From positions 496,001 to 560,000 of the forward strand of contig JAQGDQ010000029.1 of NCBI GenBank assembly GCA_030141605.1: DNA of 64,000 nt, read 5' to 3'. This document shows positions 54,300 through 64,000 of this stretch, one piece after another. The stretch comes from Tubiluchus corallicola. Its lineage: Eukaryota; Animalia; Priapulida. The position numbers and the translations under genes were made by a program. The notes under the pieces are model-generated. The model saw only the letters and a list, made by a program, of their open reading frames with translations, was not told the origin of the DNA and searched no databases. Numbering within the stretch: position 1 is the stretch's first letter; each line of letters begins with the position of its first letter.

Positions 54300-54850
54300 G
54301 GCACTATGTACCATGAGGCGTTACATGGTAAGACAGTATACGGTGACAGTGCATACCACACTACACGGTGAATACTGTAAATACGCTGAACCCACTTCAT
54401 ACCTAAGGATGAGCCCCTAAGTAAGAACACGGTGGCAGGGTTTCTTTAAACACTATTTTATTCATCACCTTTCAGTTTAAGTTCTTTATCAAACACTTTT
54501 CTGAGATTTATACAATTTGTAATATAATCACATACTCTTTTCAATGTTTCCCAATTTTCACTTAGAATCATGTCTGCCTTCACATTTGCTTCTTTTATTA
54601 ACGTTTGGCTTTCTTTGCAGTTAAAAAGATGATCAGTTGAATCCTCTTCTGAACTACACATAGGACACAATAAATCATTTTTACAAAAGTTCTTGTAATT
54701 GCACTTAATTTTTGTCATATTTAGCCTTATTTTCATAATTTCACTGGTTTCTTTTAGAAGACTTCTTTTAAAATAAATGTTCTTTACATCCCCAATTATC
54801 GTTTTTCAAAAACTTCAGTTTACTACTTTGAGCAATCTTGTTTTTATTTG
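54300..54850 (-). mobile_element. Non-LTR retrotransposon 3' fragment
   Basis: ORF 54736-54458 KIRLNMTKIKCNYKN...LCPMCSSEEDSTDHLFNC is a LINE C-terminal zinc knuckle; the frame is broken upstream. Confidence 0.7.
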
Positions 54851-55109
54851 TTTCTGCAAATACATTTCTATTTTGAAATAGCAACTGCTCTACATGATGG
54901 CGGAGATGCTATATAGCGTAGTGGTACAGAGCGAGGCAGTACGCGAAAATGTCGAACAAGGGCGAACGGTCCCACGTAGTAGTGCGACACACTGGTGTAG
55001 GCTGAATCTGAGACATTTATTTTTGACATTTTAAGCTCCGCACGAAAGCTATCTAAAATTTCAATTTCCGCCAAGCTTTCACTCGACCAACATACCTGAA
55101 TATTACGGG

Positions 55110-56020
55110 TACTAGTATGCATAATTATAGGCCTACACTTCCTGCAGGGTGTTGGCTTACCATAAATAACTCTCTGCTAGGAAGTACAAAAACAACAGGC
55201 AATAGTACAAAAGATACAGTATTCAATCATGCAGACTAAAAGTATTGCTGAAACAATACAGCTGAAGAGTCTAACTCCCCACAGCTTAACAGGGAAGCCT
55301 CGCACATTTCGCACAACCTGCAATCTTGTGAATTTTCCAGAGCAATTATAAAAATCTAACAAAATACACTCCCTCTCTATTTGTTCTTTTCACTTTTTTA
55401 CTAAATAAGCAGCTTGTAACTCGTTTATTCACTCAAAATAATTGACCGCATAGTAACTAAGCTCACTTGCAGCAGTATGACAGATCTTTATTAATCTCAC
55501 TCTTTTGCTCTCAACCAAAGTCTCGACATTATGCCCAATGATTTCTGCACTTTGCTCAGCGTATGCAAACGATAGATATTTATATCACTACGTAATATTT
55601 TACGTAGTAATATTATTATCTGTGATGCAGACGTGCCATGGCTAAAATATATCCATGGTGAAAACGGCATGTCATATTCTGGCCAAGAAGTACGACTACT
55701 CGACGAGTAAAAGATTACAAGTAATGTATTTCCGATGGTTTTCATGCGCATGCTAAATCTGTGGAGCATAAAGTTAGCCCAAAATCGGCTAATTATTACG
55801 ACTACTAGTATGCATAATTACAGGCCTACACTTTCTGCAGGCTGTAAGCTTACCATAAATAACTCTCTGCTAGGAAGTACAAAACAACAGGCAATAGTAC
55901 AGAAGATACAGTATTCAATAATGCAGGCCAAAAGTGTTGCTGAAACAATGGAGTCTAACATCACCTCAGCTTAACAGGGAAGCCTCGCACATTTCGCACA
56001 ACCTGCAATTTTGTGAAGTT
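55110..56020. repeat. Local direct duplication of ~220 bp (55110-55335 and 55803-56020)
   Basis: actagtatgcataatta...taccataaataactctctgctaggaagtacaaaa...cagcttaacagggaagcctcgcacatttcgcacaacctgcaat is present twice. Confidence 0.9.
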
Positions 56021-58072
56021 GACGGAGCATTATTGGAGGCTACGAGGAACTTTAAAAACTCAAAACTCAGGTACTCGTGATTTTCATTCAAACAGGAATG
56101 ACTTGAAAATGCACTGGAATTGTGCCAAGTACATCCTCGAAACTGCAAGGCGGCTAAGGTGGTCGAAAAGCAAAGCCCACTGAATCAGCTTTCAAAATAT
56201 AAGCTCGGTAGGCGTTTGCGAAATATAACGCAAGATCTTAATTCCGTTCAACACTGAACACCGGACCACTTCGAGTTGCTCCAATAATAATAATATTTAT
56301 TATAATAATTTTCATACCCATGCCTATGCAGGAGCGCATACACCTTTTGAGGTTTGGAGCCTTGGGGTTTTTTCACCGATGACTCCCTTTCCAAGTCCGC
56401 CAAAATACTGAACTTATTTGAGCTTGTAAACTATGCCGGACTTTTCAATGCATGGCACTGACGGCAGAATTTAGTAAGCATTTATATTTACGAGATATTT
56501 AGTGTTAAGTTGTTTTAAGTCAATTTGAGCAAAAAAGTCCTATATTTTAAAGTCAATTAAAATGCAGATGCAACGCAAAATAAAACACTGTGTTACTTTG
56601 TTTTTGTGCATCTAATGTATGGTAGCTTGCTTTATAAACTATAGCTGTTTAATAAATTTTTAACAGTTTCATTATGTGCTTTATCGCATTGTATAAATAA
56701 GTTTTGTTCATAAGAGCGAGAAAATATTAAATGTGTTTAACAGTTAATTGAAGTGTAAATTGTTTTCGTATTATTTTTGTTGCCAGATCACAGCACCGTG
56801 CAGCATTCGGCTTAAAGAGCTTAATTGCGCACAGCAGTTGGGCGTATTTATAACCTGTACTCCACAATAATTATAAAGATCCTGCAAAAGCTTTTCCATG
56901 CGGTAAAAAAACTTTAGATTGTGAACGCTGAAAAACGCTTATCAAGGTAAAGTAAACTTGCAGCTGTCTGATTTGTGAACAAAAATTGCATTTGCTTCGC
57001 TATATAGAAGTTTAATTAAATGCCTGTCAACTTCACTGGTTTTTAGTTTTTGTAGTTTCTGTGACATGTACTGAGATAAGATTAATAATTAAGTTTGGAA
57101 CTGAAGGATGTTTGAAATGAGCCTATATTCGGCTCTATCATGCTCTATCTGCATTTTTATCATGCTCTATCCGCATTTTTGTCTGTACTACTGTACATAA
57201 GTTTTATCCTGCTTTCAAATTTCATACGTGTTTGCAAATACCATTTTAATTAAGATTACGTATTAAATGAAATGCATCAATAAATAAATAAACTTGTGAT
57301 GTCATGTCAATAGTTGTTGAAGACCAAGTAAAGAGAGATGTTGTGCTGAATGTGTATGACTATACCATACAGCCATGTCGTGTTTGTAATTTACTATCTA
57401 GTTCCATCATGATCTAGCGCAAGGAGGGCACAAAAACAAAATACATGATTGAAATTGTCAAAGTATGCAAAAACAGTTACTCAATGGGGTTTGATATTCT
57501 TAGGTGTAAATAGCCGGGTGTTTAAGTGACATAAAATTTGCGAACTGCAGTTCTATATGTTTTTCTTTCTGCAGGTAGAAAATGTCACACATTTGTAAGT
57601 TTGTAGTTTGTAGAAATTGTGAATTAGATAAAGGGCTTGGCAGTTATCAGGGCGATCCTTCAAGACACTAAGAAGCAATGAGAAATAAAAAAGACGATGA
57701 ATACTTTTTTCTTAATTTAATTTGTATCTAAATTTAGGAAATTAATTTTTACGAGTGAAAATTTTGCATCAATGTACGAATTTTTTTCAGTGGGCATTAC
57801 ATTTCCTTTTCTAGAACAAATCGCCAAAGTAGAACAAATACGGAAAAGTTCATAGAATATAAAAATTAAAATTTAAGTATTATTTTTTATCAGTCCTTTG
57901 AATTTTTCTATACTACCAATTATCAACAACGTGACGTTAATAATGCTACAATGTTAATTAACATTTTACAGAGGTTTGGTGTCTTAGCAAAAATATGATC
58001 AACAAGGGCAAATAAGCCGCAATATTAATTAACATTAAATAAATGATTTGATTGCCCCCACAAGGCCAGGGG

Positions 58073-59020
58073 CTACATAGGACAAAGAGGAGGACAGCCT
58101 TCTTCTTCTCCCTCTTCCTCTTCCTCTTCTGCCTCTTCCTCTTCTTCTGCCTCTTCCTCTTCTTCTTGCACGTCGCAAAGAGATCCGATGTAGCCATCGT
58201 CGCATCGGCAAATAACTTCGCCTACACCATCGCCAAAACAGCAATCTCCTTTCAAGCATTGACACTCGCAGCCGTCATCCGTCAGATCCACTGGACCAGA
58301 ATCTGGCATGCAGGTACAAGATCCATCATCCCTCATCAAGGCTGGGAACTGACAAATACACGTTCCATCAGTAGCCGTTTCCCAAGGTGCATCTGGGCAT
58401 CGACATCCATAACCGTCTGTTTCTGCTATCATCGGTGGAGGACAAACACAATACTCTCCGTCAAAGACCATCCCATATGGGCAAGGAGGAATCACTCCAT
58501 ACGCATGCGTGAACCTGCTGTACAACTCTCTAACGGTTGAACATGTTTCCTGTTCGTTTGATGCTCGCCTGGAAGAAGAACACTTAAGGATATATCTTAG
58601 AAAATAATAGTGCTTCCGTTTCCACGGAAACTCGATAGAGATGATAGTACTATACTGAGTACCAGATGGTTTATTGCGTGATCTGACCATGCAGTCGTTG
58701 AAGTCAATAACAAAGTAAACGATGCTTTTACCGTTTCCGTAAACTGTGCACGTTTTGTAACCGCCTTTGTAGTCCAATGCAGTGCTGATAGTCCCAAAAA
58801 ATGGCTTCCTAAATTTTATTTGGACAACCATAAAGTCGCACCCGTCATAACACCGAACTCTGCTGCGTCTAATTGCGCGCCTGTGGCCGCCGAATATTCT
58901 TCTCACACTTCCTTCGTACTCAATATCCTCAGCATCGGGAGCATAACACACCATAATAAAGCACTGCAAGCACAACAAGATGCTGCAGGATGTGGCAATC
59001 CAACTATTGTATAGACTCAT
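58073..59020 (-). CDS. Single-exon secreted Cys-rich protein: signal peptide, ZP-N/cuticlin-like domain, CxC repeats, EGF-like domain, poly-Glu tail
   Basis: 315-aa ORF; hydrophobic N-terminus; VRCYDGCDFMVVQIKFRKPFFGTI...CTVYGNG...FVIDFNDCMV...YSTIISIEF...YILKC; five DG-x(0-2)-CxC units; CLKGDC...ICRCDDGYIGSLC. Confidence 0.8.
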   Translation of the reverse strand: MSLYNSWIATSCSILLCLQCFIMVCYAPDAEDIEYEGSVRRIFGGHRRAIRRSRVRCYDGCDFMVVQIKFRKPFFGTISTALDYKGGYKTCTVYGNGKSIVYFVIDFNDCMVRSRNKPSGTQYSTIISIEFPWKRKHYYFLRYILKCSSSRRASNEQETCSTVRELYSRFTHAYGVIPPCPYGMVFDGEYCVCPPPMIAETDGYGCRCPDAPWETATDGTCICQFPALMRDDGSCTCMPDSGPVDLTDDGCECQCLKGDCCFGDGVGEVICRCDDGYIGSLCDVQEEEEEAEEEEEAEEEEEEGEEEGCPPLCPM

Positions 59021-59914
59021 GCTACGTCAAATACCAAATAACAATAACGACGAGTATCATTTACAAAACCGCCACCTACTTGGCTAAACTCTTGTCATAT
59101 CTGTATATGCTCGTTAACCATGCATGGAAAACATGCAGTATCCTTGGCTTCTGTCCTTGCTGATTTTGAAAAGAGTGTACAATTGAACAAATGCGCTGTA
59201 TAAGTTCCTTTGACCACATGCGTGTTCATTAACCAACTGTCTACATGACAAAGTACAGTGCAAATTAGGGAGGAATTTTTCCTTTAGTTTTCAAACCACG
59301 ATTTTTTATAGTACCATTTCGGTGCCACTTTAAATCAAGACTATGTGAGAAGTCAAGAATATGAACAGAAAGAGAACATGAAAATATTCTGGAAAAAACA
59401 AAATACCAATTGATTAATGGGCGATTACTGCGTTATTATTCAATACGGGATATTATTGGTTTCAACCGCCCTGTACGATATAGTAATTTTTATTGCGATT
59501 TCTTATTATGGTAATTTAGCTAATGCACCGTTATGCGCAGGTTGTGCAGGTGTTCTTGGTGAAAAACTCAACAAATTGTTTGTCAACGTGAAATGTTTTA
59601 TTATTGCGAGAGAATTTTATTAAATAGCCAAAGTTTAATTAATAAAGCAGGAAAGTTAATGCCAGGAGATAAGCAACCCTGGATTTGGTTAGCAAGTAGA
59701 TAAGTAACTTCAGGGAAATCATCCTCAAGTTATTTCTTTCATCGAGTGAAAGCATACCTTTGTCAATCATGAGCTAAGTTTCCCTCCTGCCACAACTACC
59801 AACATCATTGGTGCTGGATTCTGCCCTCAGTCTACCAGACAGTGTAAAAAGGCTTATATAGTGTTTAATGTTTATATTTTATGTACTTGTTTCCAACGTA
59901 TGGTTTACTTTACT

Positions 59915-60260
59915 TAAAGTAAAAACCGGACCCAATGTTAAACTATACACTAGTACGCTCAAAACAATCTTCCCTGTAAAATACTGAAAGGGAACATACT
60001 ACTTTTTCAAGAATGACTTGTGCAAAAGAATTATTATTACAAAAATGTATTTGCGCTTTCGCGCGGCTAGTTAGTTGATGCTACATGCATTTCGCTATTC
60101 ACTAGTTAGATGGGCACTACTGCAACATGCATCTTGGAAACGCTTTGCACAAAAAAGTGCTGTACCTCTCACTTCACGGTTGATTAGTTTGTGATGTAGT
60201 GCAAACCTTATGCGTGAACACAGCGAAAAAGCAGAAATTTAAGTTTTAAACTTAAAATTT
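59915..60260 (-). repeat. Dispersed repeat, copy 2 (inverted relative to 24560-24910)
   Basis: tactttttcaagaatg, gtgctgtacctctca, tgtgatgtagt and aaacttaaaattt blocks correspond to copy 1. Confidence 0.7.
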
Positions 60261-61990
60261 GTGAATGTTATACAGTATAATTGTACTTCAATTTTTCGCT
60301 TTTGTAAACATTTGCAACACGCTCGTATAATGCTTGTGCTGTTAAAAATTATTTTCAATTCTGGTGACATCACTAGTTGGGTTCGCCCGCTATTAATTAA
60401 GTTTTTAACCTATTATTTATTTATCAGAAACGCCTGGCATTATTATAAGCATTAAAATGTGTACTTTTTACCATACTTCAAAATGGGGGCAAGATATGAA
60501 AATTCATCCTGTTTTCCTTTAAGTCTCGGAACTATTAGAACACTCAAAAAGGACATTAACATCATTTAACTGTGTCATAGCAATTCGCTTGGAATTCACA
60601 TCAACTCGGCTAAGAACTAACAGATTTACTATGATGACTCATACTGATAGTGATAGTTTTGTAGTGAAACAGACTGTTTCAAACTTGCAACTGTTTTTTG
60701 CAAATTTGCAAAATTGTTGCATTGGTCTAGGTTTTTGCAGCCATTTAAAAAACAGAGCTGCGCACTGGAGAACAAAATAATAAATTTAATGATTGCTAAA
60801 CGATATGAATAGGTCAGTTGATGGTTTTTATTCGAACACAAATATTTAGGGCACCAATTACGGAAGTCCTCATCAACATAATTAATGCAAATTATAGCAT
60901 GGAACTCTGGGATTTAAAATTTAAAAGTTTAATATTTAAGTATTAATATTTAACGTTTATCACATCTAAGTAAATTTTTATTTTGGTAAGTAAAAATAAT
61001 GAGTCCATTAGTGGACATTTTTCAATCCTTGGTCAAATTGCAGGAATGATTCCTGGCAGTCTCATTAGCAGTTTAATCCCAACAAATAATTGTTGTTTCG
61101 ATATGCTTGTAAAATAATGGGGAACTATTGAAACACCCGATATTTTATTGTGGTCTTTTTCAATGTTATATATAAGCATACGTCGATAATATATGGGAAC
61201 CATTAATTGGTGACCATTTATTGTATGGTCGTATATAGGGGACTCATTGTTAACTTATCTTGGCAGTTATCATACAAGCCAACCAAGATGGTGTTATTTT
61301 CTATGGGTCGTGTTTATGTAAAAAAAGTTTTTAATAATTTCATAAGAAGCAAGATTTTCTAAAATTTGACTGTAAAAAGAAAACAAGAAAAACTAGCACA
61401 GTTTGCTGGTCTAGACTACAGTTTTTCTGCATTGCTTCAGTTACATATTTCACCTCATACTTAACATGCTACTGATGAATGGTCTCCAAGAATTCAAACC
61501 TCCACTTTGTTACAATTTTTACTCTTTTGCAAAAAAATTATGTTTATTATGTTTGCTTTCAAATTTACACAAATGTTCAACAAAACTACCAAACTAATGG
61601 TACAATCAGCTTTGTAGTATTACAGTATTTGCATTAATTGCAACCCGGCATTACAACACTGCTATTTTAATGCTCTTGTTTTGAACACATTCCTAGAAAA
61701 GGGCCTAAGTGTTCACTCCTGCGGCACGCATCGTTTGCGTTGTTGTAGTTGGCTATTTATTTATTTCGTAATCCGTCATCGTCGTCGTTGTCCGGCTGTC
61801 AGTAATCAAAACACGAGTTTGCTGGCATGTCGTCTTGTTTAACCAAGTAGCAGTCTTTCGATTACACAAACTACTGTACAAGTCAATACAGTTATCAATA
61901 AATTAGTGTTCTAACAGAATCTACCGTGATTAAAAAGTTGGGCAAAAGTTAGTCGCGCAAAATGCACTTCCTGTTATGTGCATTGGAAAA

Positions 61991-62256
61991 TTAACTTTGC
62001 ACTTCCCAGTAAAACACGCCAGGTATGTCGTTTGCTCCACCATCTTCCACCCTTTTAAAATTCTGCAACTCACACCTAGACCTAACTTCAGGTAAGCTTT
62101 CCTCGTAATTAAAGGTAATACAGGTATCTGTGGCAGAACACAGGCGTGCGCATGAGACCGCTGTACTCGCGTTCGTCGTCAAAAGAGATGCTGCTTGTGC
62201 GGCGTCGGTGTCCAAGCCAACTCGTTTGTACATTTGTTTTATCACCATCTCTTGAC
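61991..62256 (-). CDS. Terminal exon encoding a PAN/apple-like domain (upstream exons not identified in window)
   Basis: Acceptor tttatttttcag, then QEMVIKQMYKRV...STAVSCARLCSATDTCITFNYEESLPEVRSRCEL...GVFYWEVQS*, the C-x3-C...C-x2-FNY...CEL PAN pattern. Confidence 0.75.
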
Positions 62257-62409
62257 CTGAAAAATAAATGCGCAGTTTTGATTTCAGAAAATTAATGACA
62301 CTTCTAAAATGGTGCACCTAAATTATTGGAGAGTTTGGGCTCGATATCACAATAGCAGAGTTAATTATACTAAGTCGTGATACCAAGCTTGAAATTCAGG
62401 AAGTGTAAA

Positions 62410-62485
62410 AAAGTGAAATGCAACCTAGATTTGAACCAGGGATCATCTGCTTACATACAACACTTGACCACCGCAATCCCCAGTA
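62410..62485 (-). mobile_element. Decayed tRNA-derived SINE or tRNA pseudogene
   Basis: Minus strand has an A-box-like tggtcaagtg and B box ggttcaaatc but no intact cloverleaf. Confidence 0.45.
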
Positions 62486-62708
62486 GTCAAGCCAGTCCAA
62501 AGTTCATCCCTTATAACTGGCCAGCCAAAGTCACACCCAATATTAGATCGTTCACACAAGAACAATTCTAACTAGTTAGATCAATTATTTATTTTGATTA
62601 ATTTTGAGCCTGAAATTTTCGTGAGCGATTAATTAATTATTATGATGTTAATGTAAAGGTTATTATTGATGATGCTATACAAATCCACAATTAATTAAAT
62701 TTTGATAA

Positions 62709-64000
62709 TGTTATGTATTTATCTAATTGTGATGTCTGGTGAATAAATTATGTTTATCAGTAATGGCTGCTTGTGCGTAGTTCACAATAAAATGTGGCGA
62801 CTCTTGATGGGATAGTTATCGCTGTATGAAGAATTTTAGTGAAAATTTAGATGGCGAATGCACAGATAATTGGGTCCGTCAGCGAGTTTAATTCCAGTAA
62901 GGAAGATTGGTGTAACTACCAGCAGCGGTTAGAAGCGTGGATGAGAGCGAATAATATTAATGACCAACAGAAGGTAGATGTTTTCTTGTCATTAATTGGT
63001 CCGGAAGCGTTTAGCTTAGTGTCCTCTCTTGTAACGCCAGATCCGGTGAATACGAAAACTTATGTGGAACTGACAAATAAATTATCGGATTATTATAAAC
63101 CACGCCGTAATAAGATAGCCGAGAGACTAAGACTCCGTGACAGAAAACAGCGTGAAGGTGAATCCATTGCGGAATATATTGTAGAGCTACAGAAATGCAG
63201 TAAATATTGCGAATTTTCAGCTCAAGAGCTGTCTGACAACTTGCGTGACACTTTTGTGTGTGGGCTTCGTGCTGGATTAATACAAAAGAAATTATTGGAA
63301 AGCTCTGATTTAACGTGGAACACAGCTCGGGAGATAGCATCAAATATGGAGGCAGCTACACGAGACACAAGTACACTTTCTGGCAGTGGATATGGTTCAT
63401 CCGAGGTAAACTACACTGGAAGAGGTAAAAATTTGAGAAGGAAATTGGTAAAACCTAGTTACCCGATGACTGTAAATAAACCGCATGTTTCAAGTAAATG
63501 TGGTCGGTGTTTGGGTGCGCATGAGGCATGGAGATGTCAGTTTAGGAATGCCAAATGTTATAACTGTTCAAAAATTGGGCATATCGCAAAGGTATGTAGA
63601 AGTGGACGTGGTTATGGACGTGGAAGTGGACGTGGACTACCTGGAAATACCAATGGTGTTAATCCAGACAGTGATTGTGCTGACGTGGTTCAAATTAGTT
63701 CCTTGTATAATCTTGGTACAGCAAAAAGTGCTACTACAAATGAGTACCAAGTGAGTGTCATTGTGAACAGGAAGCCAGTTTTGTTTACAGTAGATACTGG
63801 AGCTATGGTATCAGTTGTATCAGAAACTGAGTATCAGGAAAAATTTTCTATTCTGCCTTTGCAACGCACTAATTTAAAACTTCGTAGTTACTGTGGTAAT
63901 GAAGTACCGGTGTTAGGTCAAATACATGTTAGTGTGTGCTATGCAGGTCAGCAAGTGACCCTTCCACTTGTTGTGGTTAAAGGTGATCGTGTTCCGTTAT
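62709..64000 (+). mobile_element. Ty3/gypsy LTR retrotransposon (Mag-like), 5' end: short LTR, PBS, gag-pro
   Basis: Candidate LTR tgttatgt...aataaa...ttcaca (62709 to about 62789), PBS tggcgac at 62795, long ORF from 62851. Confidence 0.9.
62851..64000 (+). CDS. Gag-protease polyprotein of the gypsy element (3' partial, open to the window end)
   Basis: MANAQIIGSVSEFNSSKEDWCNYQQRLEAW...RKQREGESIAEYIVEL...LRDTFVCGL, knuckles CGRCLGAHEAWRC and CYNCSKIGHIAKVC, protease VDTGAMVSVV; no stop codon. Absent from the ORF track because it is unterminated. Confidence 0.93.
   Translation, partial: MANAQIIGSVSEFNSSKEDWCNYQQRLEAWMRANNINDQQKVDVFLSLIGPEAFSLVSSLVTPDPVNTKTYVELTNKLSDYYKPRRNKIAERLRLRDRKQREGESIAEYIVELQKCSKYCEFSAQELSDNLRDTFVCGLRAGLIQKKLLESSDLTWNTAREIASNMEAATRDTSTLSGSGYGSSEVNYTGRGKNLRRKLVKPSYPMTVNKPHVSSKCGRCLGAHEAWRCQFRNAKCYNCSKIGHIAKVCRSGRGYGRGSGRGLPGNTNGVNPDSDCADVVQISSLYNLGTAKSATTNEYQVSVIVNRKPVLFTVDTGAMVSVVSETEYQEKFSILPLQRTNLKLRSYCGNEVPVLGQIHVSVCYAGQQVTLPLVVVKGDRVPL

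Noticed and set aside
58052-58540. 162-aa plus-strand ORF
   Set aside because: Antisense shadow of the Cys-rich gene and its poly-Glu tract.

Overview
AT-rich, microsatellite-rich animal (invertebrate bilaterian) nuclear DNA with spliceosomal GT-AG introns; no prokaryotic features. The species cannot be named from sequence alone. From left to right: two tandem paralogous secreted multi-ShK-domain genes (minus), NeuroD (plus), MOB1 with an intronless CDS and a five-exon VGLL4/Tgi (both minus, adjacent, both Hippo pathway), a three-coding-exon myohemerythrin with all seven iron ligands, an intronless delta/zeta-type sarcoglycan, tRNA-Arg(CCT) inside a ~230-bp inverted repeat pair, intronless TAF8 with a complex candidate 5' leader, an unusual single-exon secreted ZP-N-like/CxC-repeat/EGF/poly-Glu protein, the terminal exon of a PAN/apple-domain gene, and the 5' end of an apparently intact Mag-type Ty3/gypsy element running off the window. 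LINE, SINE and MITE remnants fill the gaps. Exon models were read by eye from splice signals and reading-frame continuity and need RNA confirmation; family assignments rest on recognised motifs, not database searches.
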